NCBI GenBank assembly: GCA_905178155.1
Contig: CAJINV010000012.1
Coordinates: 1,616,492 to 1,680,491 of the forward strand
Reading direction: 5' to 3'
DNA: 64,000 nt
Source: Amoebophrya sp. A120
Taxonomy: Eukaryota > Protista > Dinoflagellata
Shown here: positions 25,521-38,400 of the stretch, piece by piece
Numbering within the stretch: the stretch's first letter is position 1
How the letters are laid out: each line of letters opens with the position of its first letter
Translations under genes and position numbers: made by a program
Notes under the pieces: generated by a model
What the model was told of the DNA's origin: nothing
The model's database searches: none
The model's input: only the letters and a program-made list of their open reading frames with translations

Positions 25521-26468
25521 CAGACAGACCATATATAATTTGGATTTGCGCTTGCGGCGTTGTACCGAACTCACTTTGTGTTGCATAGAAAAATCAATAT
25601 TTTTCAGCGCGATCTACTTGCAGCCAGTCTTTTACATTATTTCGGTGGCGATTTCTGTCGATCATGAGTTTTGCTCACACAGATCATGTTGTGTCCTCTC
25701 AATGAGGAACAACTTTATAGGTGCGTTGGTGGCCGACGTATTGTTCTTTGGCTGTACAATTTTCACACTGATGATGTTTTTCAGAGTCCTCAAGTGGATC
25801 TTTAGAAGTCGGTGGAAGCACATGGCTCTCATTTCTCTGGTCTTGAGGAGCTAAAAAATAGAACGAAGAAGATTTGTACTTGCGCTTCCCGATGGAGAAT
25901 AGCTTCTGTCGTGTCGGCGCCTTATTTCTGATTGATTTTGATTCCTTTAGTCGTGCTCGGATTGTTCCTCCACCCTGAGGTTGTAGTTCATAGTCTAATC
26001 TATTCACATCGTTTTCCCCCTCTGGTGTTCCGTTCGTGGACAGTGGAGAGAGCAAATCCATCGTTAGAATCGCTATTAGAGAAACTGAAAATCGTTGTCG
26101 CTTGATGTTTCGCTGGTGATATGAATTGTTGTCGCTAGTATCAGAATGTACCACAAAGTATAACAATCTATCTATTGAAAGCGAGAATTATTGGAGATGA
26201 TTTCGCTCGGAGCTTCTTGTTTTCCTTATGGTTCGTACATCGTCTCTGATGGCTTATCGTTTGCAAAATAAATCCTCGTTTATTGATGTATCATCCTTCG
26301 CTTTCCGACCGAATCTTGTTATTGCGACCCAAAGAATCAGAAAAACCTGTTTTCTTGTTGCGTATTTGTTGACATATCGTCTACCACCAGGAAGAAGCGC
26401 AGGCGAAAAGAAGAAGAAAAAGATAAAGAATCCTCAGAGCAGTCGTCCTGCATCAATCTCAATCAAGC

Positions 26469-29400
26469 ATGCCGGAACAAGCAGAGAAAAGCTCAAGCAG
26501 CTCCTCCCCGGGGCGGCGATATCATAGGAGAAGTTTAACATCCGACGTCCCAGCCGCCGAGGTCGAGCCTTCCGGGGACGTTTTTCTTGTCAGCAAAACG
26601 GAACAAGTAGATGGACCTCCTCCTGCGGTGGGGTCTGCATCTTCCGGACGACGTGGCACAGGAACAAACAACGTCTTCGCGGGGGTAGTCGTTGTTCCTG
26701 CTTATGAGCATCATGATCTACTTCACTCGAGCACCAGCAGTCTGACAGAGCAAGCTGCCCAACCAGAAGCAGGAGATGATCTTCTACCGCAGGAGGGTAG
26801 TGCTAGTGCTCGACGTTCTGGAAAGCCTGTTGTTCCGGAAGTGGGTCACGTAGAAGTGACGGTTGAAGATGTTGAGAACAAGAACTCTCGAGATGAACTT
26901 GTTCTAAACCCCGTCGCCCAAGACGAACGACGAGAGCCAGGACCAGTGCGGAAAAATTATAGGGACAATATAAAGCTTGTTTCAGGAGATTTTTATACGA
27001 CGAGTACGCTTCAGCTACAGCTTCAGCCCGGCGAAGACGAGGTGGACCACAGTTTTCGTCTCCGTGGGAGTGGAAGTAGCATCAGGAGCAGCACAAGAAC
27101 CGAAGAAGATGATGACCCAAGCTACAAATTCTATGATCCGACGAGTAGTGGTGCAGCAGATGTTGAAGTCCTTCTTGCAGGTTTTGATACCCATCTACTT
27201 CAAGATGATGGAACTAGTAGCAGTGCTACACCAGGTAGAACTGCTGCATCTTCTACGCCGGCGGGGAGCAAATCTGCATCAGCAGGAGCTGCGAGCAGAC
27301 AGAGTAGACAGTTCCACGAGCAGTCCTCCATGTTACAGCAACTTGACAGCCGCACCGCTGCGAATATGGTCGTGCCACACATTTTTAACAACGACCACAC
27401 GCATTATACCCATACAATAACTCCCTCTAGTATAGCAGCTGGCCCCGAGGAGAGTACAGGAGACGACGGAGGAGGTGGTACTGTCGCGACGAGTATGGAT
27501 CGCAGAAATGTGTGGGTCTGGAAGGGTGCAGAGTTTGTTATGCTTGTCTGGCATGACTGAAGAGTTTGTGATGCGTGTCCAAGAAGAGACCCATGTTCTT
27601 GGCATGCAAAAACGCAGCTTGTGCTTGTCATGCGGAACAAGCCGGAACATATAGGCACGAAAATACTTCTCATGCTTGGCTGTGCATTACAGGGAACTCG
27701 CTATTTCCAGCTCAGCATTACAAGTTTCCAGACCCAGACATATTTGCAATGCATAACAAGCAACTTGTTGGAACAACAACAAGAACCCTTGGCAGGAAAC
27801 AAGGTGAATACAATTGGAGACGGTCGTCCAGATCATGAACAACATCTTCAGCTGTCACAAGTAGATGAAGTCGACCAGCAGGAAAACTACGAGAACCGCA
27901 ACTACACAGCAGGAGCTTCAACCGCTGCTAGTACCACGGCCGCCGCTAGAAGTACAGCAGATAATTCAACATCCGCCAGCACCAGTAGTTTCTTTTTTCC
28001 GGGGTGTTGCAGCCCGTCCGATAGTAGACGTAGTAATTCGACGGGAGATCATCAGGTGGAGCAATTGACGAACTACACATCATTACCATCGACGGGAGCT
28101 GCAGAAGGTGGAGCTGCATTTATTTTACCCTCAACGTCGCACGGTCGCAACTGTATATGGATTGCAAAAATGTCTGGGTCTGGAAGAATGCATGAGTTTG
28201 TCATGCAGATTTTGCATGATTCATGATGTCTGTGATGCATGCCCTAGCATCAGAGATTTTGCGAGGGCTTTCTGATGCTCATACCGCATGAGAAATGCCC
28301 TCTCCGCGTAGCACAAATTACACCTGCTCTTTTGCTGTTCCTGTTCATGCAATACAGATTCTATGTAGAGTCCAAATGCAGCATTACAAGTTGCATTCTT
28401 GCAGACCCAGACATTTTTACATTTGATAATGTAGCTGGAGCGACAAGGAATTGACGGACTTTTTTGGCAATGAGTACTACATATCCTGTGCAAAAGTATC
28501 GTATTCGTATAAATGCAAGTCTTGCATTACAAATCTTTGTCTTAAGGCAAATCCGCGTGACAAATTTTATTTCTCATGCTGAGGAAATTTGTGATGCATT
28601 TATACGAGTGCGATACTTTTGCACTTCATACTACAAGCACGGAGTGGAAAACAGTTCCGCGGCGATTTTGCTCTTTTTCTTCACCTATCCATTGCAAATA
28701 TGTCTGGGTCTGGAAACTTGTGATGCATGTCAGTGAGAAGAAAGCGCACTGTAATGCACTGCCAGGCATGACAGATTTATCCTTGGCTCCGTGTTCTTGC
28801 GTATTCCGCATGAGAAACAGCGCTTTTGCGTGACAGATAAGAGGAGCTCTTGCTGGCCACGCAATACAGAGCTCAGTGTCATGCCCGACTAGCGTGACAA
28901 ATCCCGCATTCATCTTCCAGACCCAGACATATTTGCATTTGATATGACCATTTACGTCGCCTACTATTTCGGCTTTTACATCTATCGCAAGAAAAAAGTG
29001 TTACAGTTACACATTGTGTTGCAGGCCAAGCAAGACAGACCAGCTCTGTCATGCCGGATACGCATAGATTCTATGCCTATGAAACGGGAAATAAGGTGTT
29101 CTCCCGTAGGATTTTTACGTTACAAGTTTTCTCTCTCATGCAGAGAAATTTGTGTTGCTGAATTGACTACAAATGTGTAACTGTAACACTTTTTTCCTGG
29201 GATAACATCCGGCGGATGTGCTCCTTCAACGAGATTCCCGAAATATCAAATGCAAGTATGTTGTTGTCCTCTGGGTCTGGAAGGATGTTGCGAAGAACTT
29301 GTGATGCGCAGTTCACAACACACACAAATCTCTCATGCCTAGGCAGCAAAAGACGCCCACTTCCTGTCACCAAAGTGGGGGCGGGGTTTCTCATGCGGAT

Positions 29401-32400
29401 TAATAGGCATTGCGGAAGCTTTTGGAAACCTGTGATGCTAGGGCTTCAGATCAGACCTTCTGTGTCATGCAAAAACAGCATCACAAACCCTACCCAGATG
29501 ACACGTTTGCATTTGATACGCAGCCCGGATGAACTTCTCCAACGTTTTCCTCCTATGCACGAAAAAAACTGTGTAACTGTAATTTTCTTGGAGGATCAGC
29601 ATCACAAGTTTGCTCTGCATGACACAGAAAACCTGTCATGCGTAGCTAGTACTTGAAAACACGTACGAAAATAGCCTCTGAAGAGTCATGCATGTCCAGC
29701 ATGACAAGCGTAAACAGCTTTGCATTTTCTGCAACACAAAGTTACACTTACGCAGTTTTTTCCCGGGATATCTCCTCTGGGGGCACCAGTGTCTGTTCGC
29801 CACCATCGCCATCATCGACGGCCGCAAGGCGTTATCAAATGTAAAAGTGTCTGGGTCTGGAAGACAGGAGGAGTTTGTCATGCACATTTTCCATGATCCA
29901 TGATGTCTGTGATGTAGTACGCCATAACATCACAGATTTTTTGAGCGCCTATCGATGCGCATCCTGCATGACAGATGCCCTCTCCGCGTAGCCAAAGTTG
30001 ACGCCCCTTGCTGCTCATGCAATACAGATTTCTGTAGCATCCAAGTGCAGCATCACAAGTTTGGCTCTTCCAGACCCAAACATATTTGCAATCCATAGGC
30101 GTCTGTGTTGCAGCCGGCGGAATTCGTGTTCTGGGTGAAACTATCAACTGCAAAAATGTCTGAGTTTGGAAACTTGTGATGCAAGTCCGTGAACAATAAG
30201 TGCTCTGTAATGCGCCGCCAAGCATGACAAGTTTTTTCGTGCTTCTGTGATGCGTATTTCGCATGAGAAACTGCGCTTTTGCATGACAGGCAAGAGAAGC
30301 TCTTGGTGGCCGCGCAATACAGAGTGCAGAGTCATGCCAGACTAGCATGACAATCTTCCAGACCCAGACATTTTTGCATTTGATAGAAACTGCTGCAGAC
30401 CTGGGCCTACATGACCGCGGGCGGGTTCTGGTTCAGTTGCTGCCTCAGCATCTACTGTACGCAATACAAATTTCCCGGGCATGCACAAGATGCATCACAA
30501 ATTTCACCAATTTGGAATGCAACACTTGTCATGCTAAACTAGTATCGAAGCCCAGTTTCTTTTGTCATGCAGAGACTGCGTTTGTACGTGTGCGGGAAAT
30601 TTACTGTGGATATACTGGGATCTTCCCAGCAGTCGACGGAAGAAAAAGAGGAAAATCGGTGGTACTGGGGATGACGAGGACGGCGGTAGTTTACGGGACA
30701 GCGACGGACGACGAATATGAGAGTGCACAGCGCTCCGTCCCCCTCATTTTAGGCCACGCATGAACAGCAATACAAGCATCAGCAAGAGTGCAGGTTTTGC
30801 ATGACAAATTCGCGCAGGAAGATTGTAGTGGTTTTTCTGCTCCTGGCAGAACTTGTCATGCAAACGGTGCCAAGAGGCAAAGCAAACAAAGCGTGGATTT
30901 GGTATTTTGCGATGACAAATGAGGGGGGCTGTTCGGGTTGTGCACTCTCATAAGGAACTTCCAAATTGTTCCAAACCTCCTCGGGCGAGGAAGAGGAGGA
31001 GGACGAGTTTTTGCCTTATCTGGGGAGCTATCCACTGCAAATATGTCTGGGTCTGGAAACTTGTGATGCTGGTTTCTGGCTTGTGGGCGCACTGCGTTAC
31101 GCAGCCACGCATGACAAGTTTCTGATTTTCTATGTGTTTCGCGTCCCGCGTCCCGCATGACAGACTGCGATTTTGCAGCATGACAGGTAAGAGGCTGCTT
31201 TCCTGCTCATGCATTACAGATTCAAGAGTCAACATGCGAGACAAGCATGACATATAAACTTGCATTCTCCCAGACCGAGACATATTTGCACTTGATAGCA
31301 GCAAGGCGGCCGTCGACGACTTGGAAAGAGTTCAAATCGTCAACAAAACTTCTACAGGCACCTCCGGGCAGCATGAGGAACATGTCGAAGATGGTGCTGG
31401 TCTAACGAGCGTAATAAAAACGGCCAGCGCGGCTGCGGCTGCGGCCAGTGCTTCGAAAACATCAACACCGTCTCCTGTTGAAATAAAGCAGCAAGAGGAC
31501 AAGAATCCAGCATCACCCAAGACGAACTCCGCGTCCCCGGGAGCAGATCGCGAGCCGCTTTTGCGCTCGAGCACATTTTCTCCGGAGGATGAGCTTTCTG
31601 GCCTCAGCTCCTTTTCGCAGGACATCATCTCAGCACTGACGCTGGTATCAAATGCAAAAATGTCTGGGTCTGGAAAAGTCGTGTAGACTTGTCATGCTGA
31701 TTTTCCATTACCCATGAGGTCTGGAATGCGGGACTTAGCATGACAGACTCTGCGAGGTCTCTGCCATGCCTATCCTGCATGAGAAACTCCCCTCCAACTG
31801 CATGAGAAACTCCCCTCCAACCGTAGCCATTTTGGCTCAAGCGACATCAAAGGGCAAAATTTACAGTAGGAAACGAATCAGAATTAAGTTTAGAGCTTCC
31901 ACCTTATAAAGTTGATAGACACACAGTTAGCGTAAGAAGTAAACACAAGCGACATTATACTTAGTTTTGGAAGAAAGTGTAAGTGAAAGACAGCAGACGC
32001 GGCACGCAGGCGAAGTCCTAAGGCCGAGTCACGAGCTGCGGAGCATCACAAAATAACTGCCCGCGAGAGAAGGCAAAAAGAAGAGAGACAGGAGGAAAAG
32101 GAGAAAGAAAGAAGAAGCTCGCCAAAAATGGGGAGGGGAAAAAAGAAAAAGTCGGCGGCCGGCCCATGCCGCGACAAAGAAAATCACACTAAGTTTGTGA
32201 ACATCGAAGCGGAGCAGTTGATGGAATTCCTGGGCCAGCTGATAAATCAGGATCCGGATACGATCCAGATGCATTCCCGAGAGGGGTGCGACAAGACAGC
32301 TGCGGTGCTGTGGATGGAAAAGCGGACAGTTGTGAGATTCTGGAACAGTGGCACGCTGATGCTCCAAGGGGACGGCGCCCTGATGGCCGACTTGTTTGAG

Positions 32401-35400
32401 GAGTTCCTCGACACAGGCGAAAACGTCGACGAGAAACAAATCGGAACCGGAGAAGTGATCGAGTGGAAAGAAGATCAATACCTCCGCCCGAGCAACCAAA
32501 TGAAAACGGCACTCGAATGGGAAAAAGAAGCAGCGAAGGCGGGGGGGGAGCAATGGGGAATGTTGAACCAGGCCCCGTACGGAAAGAAAGGAAAGGGCTA
32601 CTACTGGCCCGAGGAAGTGGGTTACGGAAACTACTCGGACATGGGCGGAGGAGAGTATCTGTATCAAAATGAAAGCAAGGGGAGCGGAGAATACGAGAAG
32701 GGCGGGGGGTTCTACGACGACTGGGAAGCAGAACAAGAGGGCGACTACGGGAAAGGCCTTGCAAAGAAAAAAGAGGGAAAATGCAGAGCCTTCTACTCCC
32801 AATGCGACGACGGGAAAGAAGAAGGAGAAAAAGAAGAATACAACGAAACGGAAGACGGAGCCCAATTCACAACCAAGGTGAAGGGGGAGCCGCAGGCGCG
32901 CCAGGAGTACGAAGAGGAAATGGTGGCGGATTACGGACCCGGAGGCGAAGGAAAAGCGAAAGGGGACACGGGCAAAAACGAATGGGGACAACACGGGAAG
33001 GAACAGATGACGAAAGGAAAAGGATGGGACACGGAGTGGCCCCACTACGCCACCCCCATGTACGGTCCCAAATCAGGCCCGTACGGAGGAAAAGAAGGAA
33101 TGGAACACTGGTACAAGAAGGGCGGAAAAGGAAAAACGCCCTACGGGAAAATGGGAGAGAAAGGAGGATGGGACTGGGGAAAAGAAAAAAACTGGTGGGC
33201 TGCGGGCAAGGGAGTAGGGGACGGAGGGCACGAAAACTATAACTACGGAAGCGGGACAAAGTGGGGAATGGGCGGAAGTGGATACTACTAGCGGACCCAG
33301 GGTGAGCGGATAGCGGAAGAGCGACGGGATAAGCCGAAGGGAAGCCAGAGGGAGCAGATAGAACACGATGAGAATGACAACAGGAGAAAAAATATGGCAC
33401 AGTCAGAAGACACGAATGAACGATAAGGAGACAGCGATGCGATTGCTTGCCTCGGTTTTGAGTACGATGCTAGTTGTGCTTTTCAGATTACTTACAAATT
33501 TTTGAGTGGCTAGATAGAAGGGGACAGAGGCCTGCATGAAAATAGAGAATGAGGAAGAAAAGCGCATTACTTCACGGAAGGAGTAGATGCGGTAGTTAGT
33601 CTTGTCTCGTGATAGATCTAAGCAGCAGCGTGCGCGCGTAGGATGCGAAATGTAGTGGGAATAGTGCTTCATTAAAGGCGATCAAGAAATGATATGAAGG
33701 CGAAACGGCAGGAGCTTGCTCGGCAACTAGAAGAGATCGAAGCAGGTAGGAAGGTAATGAGCTACGCAAACTAGTTAGAAAAAAAGATCAAAAAATGGCG
33801 CTCCTAGTGCCACGCTTCAAGCCACCGCCGAAGAAAGAGAAAAAAGAAGACGTGCGAAAATTAGACCGGCTGAGCACGCTCCTGGAGGAGATGGAGAGGG
33901 ATACCGAGAAGCTGCGAAAAAAAATAGATGAAGAGGAAAAAAAACCAAAAGAAAGAGCAACGATAGCCGAGCTAATAGAGGAACGGGAAAGCGACACAAT
34001 ATTGACAGGGAAGGCGAAGCCAGCCATGACGATAAAAGATATAAACAAAAGGAGGGGGAGCATGAAAATGCGCCTACTAAAGAACCTTATAGAAGTACGG
34101 AGGAAGAGAAAGACACCCATGACAAAGTGGCTGCGTAGGACGCCGGAGAAAGACGCATCAGGCAGGACGCTAACAATGAAGCAGAGACAGCATATGGCGA
34201 GGGCAATGAGATTGAAAGCAGGGGCCGAAAAAATGAAAAAGCTGTTCGCTGCAGCGATAGAAAGCAAAGAAACAAACACGGAGCTGGAAGACGAGAGAGA
34301 CAAGAAGAGGGCGCTAGGGATAGTCCGTCTGAGGAGGATGAACAGAATACAATGGAAGATACACATCGGCGACGACATGAGAAGGCGGAGGGTGCAGAAT
34401 AAGAAAAAGAAAAAAGAAAAGGCTCAGCTGAGCAAGGATAGAAAAGAAACAATAAACACAAACTCGAAGAACGCACGGAAGCGACTAGCGCAAGCGCTTG
34501 AGTCGGAGGAAGGACACAGAGAATGGCAGAAGCGGGCTCGAGAGCTAATAGAGACGAAATCATATAAAGGGAGCAAAGCCCTAGTTAGATTGACGCGGGC
34601 CGAAAGATTAGAACACGAAAAGAAGAGAAAACAGCGGGCAGCACAAGGACAAGCAAAAAGGACGAAAGAAGCCCGGAAAAGGGAAAATGGCACACAGAGA
34701 GCAGACCGGCTGCGGAAAATTCAGGAAAAAAGAAAGAAAGCAGAGTGAAGGGCGACGGTGAGGAGCGCAGGCGGCGGCTGAGGAATGTGTGCAAGTTAAG
34801 AGGAAAAAACGGGGCCGCTGTACAGACGAGATCCAAGAGAGAGAATGGAGATCAAAATAAAAACGGATAGGAATAACAAAAAAGATGAGAAAGCCGCAGG
34901 GCACCTAGAGAAAAAGATGGTAGAGATGTGCAGTGTGTTCAAAAAATATAAGGAACCCAAAAAGAAAAAAGCAGCGACGAAGTATACTGGTGAAGCAGAG
35001 AGAAAGCGTTAACTTAGAGTAGTAGACTAAGTAGAAGTAGTAGACCTTTTGAACTTACGACGAAAAAGCAGGAAAGTAGCGACCCCCTCCTTATTCTGAG
35101 TTTAGTTTTAATTTATTCTTTTTATTCGAAGCAGTTTGGATAGTGTATAGCTAGCGTAGCATTAGAATGAGCAGTCGGTCCTGATAGTCAAAAACAGTAA
35201 GAAAACAAAGACAAGATGGACCAGAACGAGGGGGATGATGATAGAAAACGGCAGGAAAGCCTGCTACCGCGGGAAACCCCGGAAGGAAGAGAAGACAGCA
35301 CAAGGAGGACGGACACAGAACAGAGGGAAGGTGAGATGGAGGAGGAAAAAGAAGAGCGCAATGATAATGAAGAGGAGCCAGACGGGATATGGAGGGGAGA

Positions 35401-38400
35401 AATGCAAGAAGAAATGGGGGAAGAAGAGAAAAAAGAAAGAAATGACGGGCAAGATGATTTAAGAAGAGAGCGACATATGTTCTGGAATATTAACGGGGTG
35501 AAGCGTCTGAATGCGATTAGGCTAGTGAAAGCTTACAGAGACATAGCGCCAAAAATTACAGGGGCGAGCTGCGCCGAGTTGAAGACCGCCGCGCTGACAC
35601 AAGATCAGGCAGCGTTCAAACATGTAGAAGAGGAGATGAAGAGATTAGGACTAGAGGGGAGGCCAGGAATATACTTCGCAGCCGCCACAGACATGAAAGG
35701 CGTGGCGTCAGAGATGAACTCGGGAGCGGTAGGAATCGTGTACACAGACGAAACGAAGAAGCTACCAAAAAAGACAATGAGAAAGGAGATTTTTCGAAGG
35801 GAAAGGGGGGGCGCATTCTTCCAGAGAGATGCGACAGACAAGGAGGGTATACTTTTATGGATGATCGCAGCAGAGGACGAAAGAGGAATGCTAGTGGTCG
35901 CGTTCTATCGGAGACCGGCAAAGGACACACCGAAGGACAGCGAGGAGGTAGCACACATAAGGAAGCAAATGCAAGAAATGACTTCAGAACTCGAAAAGAT
36001 GATAGAAGAAGCAGGAATAGCCATACTGGCGGGAGACCTAAACTGTCAGCATCAAATTGATGAAAGGGGAAAGGTGAAATTCGAGAGGGAGCGGACAGGA
36101 GTGCAAAAAGTTTACTTCAGCGAAATAATAGAACCGATACAGAAGATTTTCAACAAACATGCTGAAACACTTACAACAGGAGGCCCGACATGCTTCCGAA
36201 ACCCGGAAAATCCGACAGCGATCGATATAGTAGCGATAGCGGAAAAAAGGGCAAAAGTTGTGGCGAAGACCTGTGAAAGAATTCAAATACCGCGGACAGT
36301 AAAAGAGGAAAACGGAGAAGATAAGGAGGTAGAGGGGGAGAATAAAGAAGAGGAGTCGGACCACGTAGCTCTGCTAGCAGACATAGTGTGGATCCCAGAG
36401 CCCGAGAAGCCCACAGAAGAACAAAAACAGAAGAAAGAAAAAGAGCAAAAGAGGTGGAAATTTAATGCGCGCTATACGCTGATGGTGCCGACAGTTGAAA
36501 GCTCAAGGCAGCGAATTGAGATCATAAAAGGGAAAGAAAGACTTCAGAAGAAAAACCCTGTCACGCAGCTGGTGAAATGGCCGAGAAAGTCGGTGACGTT
36601 AGAAAGACTACAGCAGGTGATGGAAAAAGCAGGGACGGCGCCAGAAAATCGCAGGAGCATGCTAGGGATGCAAAAATGGCTGATGGAGAAGCTAGGCGAG
36701 GCAGGCGTGCTGAAACTCAAAGAAGTACCGAAACAGGACGCGAATTACGAAAATTGGCAGAAGAAGAAAAAAGACGAGCGAAAAACGCAAGAGAAAGAGG
36801 AGAAGAACGAGGAAACCGCACGACGACAGGAGCAGAAATCGAAACAGGACGAAATGGAAAAGACATGGCTGGCGTCATTCGCAGAAAAGCCAAAAAAGGA
36901 AGAGAAAAATGAGAAAGCGGTTTATGAGACGGCTAGAAAGGTAAAAGAAGCTGTGTGCGGGGTAGGCAGAGGAATGCCGATGGGGGAGGCGAAGGAAGTA
37001 ACTGTAGGCGGCACACTAGTGCAAGGGGTGGAAGCAGCGACAGAAAGGATAGCGAGTAGCCACCTCCTCAAGTGTGAATTCGTGAGAAAGCAAAATGACA
37101 AAAAGCACGCATATGACGGAAAAGAGCTTGAAAAAGCGCCACGACAGCTCACGCAAGCATGTAAAGAAGTAAAGAGCGTACGACTTACGGGGCCACAATT
37201 ACAAGCCCATGTCTCAAAATTAAACAGTGAAGCAGCAGGCATGGATGGGCTCCGACAAGGAATATACCGCGCCCTTACACCAGAACAATACCAAGTGTTA
37301 GCAGAGGTGTTTAGTAGGTTTTTAAAAGAAGTGGAGGAGTATGAGATGAAGCAAGCGAAACGAGGGAAAGGGGCCGAAGCTCCTGGAGGAGCACCTCAAT
37401 GCGGTGCAGGTGGAGCTGTTGAAAAAACAAACAGCAGCAACAACGGCAATAGAAAAGATCCGGACCGTGATACAGGGGACAGCGGTAGTGAGGGTGTTGC
37501 TGAGCGTAGTGGTATATGAAATGGCGCGGGTAGCCGACAAAAGTGACGCACTCACCCGATGCGGATCAGCATCAAAACCAGGAGCAAGCTGCCAAGCCAC
37601 AGCGCTGCAGGTCCTGGAGACATGTCACGAGGGGGAAGAGAGGGGCGAAGCGGAAACACCGGACGAAAGAAAGGAGGGAGGCAATGGGCAAGAGAAAAGA
37701 AGAAAGGAAGCGGGAGTCTTTGGGCTAGATGCGTCCAACTATTTCAACAATATAGGGCTACCGAGGGCAGTAGCAGCATACAGAGCTGCAAAACTACACC
37801 CGTGTTTCATAAAGTTGATAATAGTAACAGCGTGGACGAAGGACTTATGGATCAGAAACGGGGATTGTTGCGGACACGTGCTAAGACGTCGCGAACTTAT
37901 TCAGGGCGCAGTAGAAACGATGTTAGCGGGGACCCTGATTTTCCTCCCAGGAGTAGAAATAGTCGCGGAGTTCCTCGAAGAAATCTTTAATGAAGACGGT
38001 AGGGCTGAAGAGGAAAGGCTAAAAGCAGCAGATGCCAAGATGAGAACGAGGATTAAAAGGCTTTACAAGGGGGGCGATATCGATACAACTTTCCCCGATT
38101 ACAATGTCAGAGAAGAAGCCGACGAGATCTACCTTAAAGAAGCCCCGCCAGTAGTCACGGGATACAGAAAGGGAGAGAAGGCAACGACAGAGCAGGGAAA
38201 AAGAAAGGTGGATGAGAAAGGAAAAAGGGTGGAGACTCGATACTACTCCGGAACACTCCCCGGAGATGGGAAAAGAAGATGGACCCTATGCGTGCAATAC
38301 GTGGACGACGGCACAGTTGTAATAAAGTTCTTTATCGAAGATATACAAATAGTAGCGCGCGCGCTCAAAGCGGCAAGCTGGGCATATGAGGAAATCTACG

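Noticed and set aside
27494-31297. CRISPR-like repeat-spacer array
   Set aside because: Repeats are inverted pairs bounding 150-290 bp elements and the 'spacers' are exons of one ORF; no cas genes; eukaryotic context
31820-31900. SL RNA gene
   Set aside because: The SL exon is followed by CGACATC, not a GT donor and SL intron; it sits at a retroelement junction
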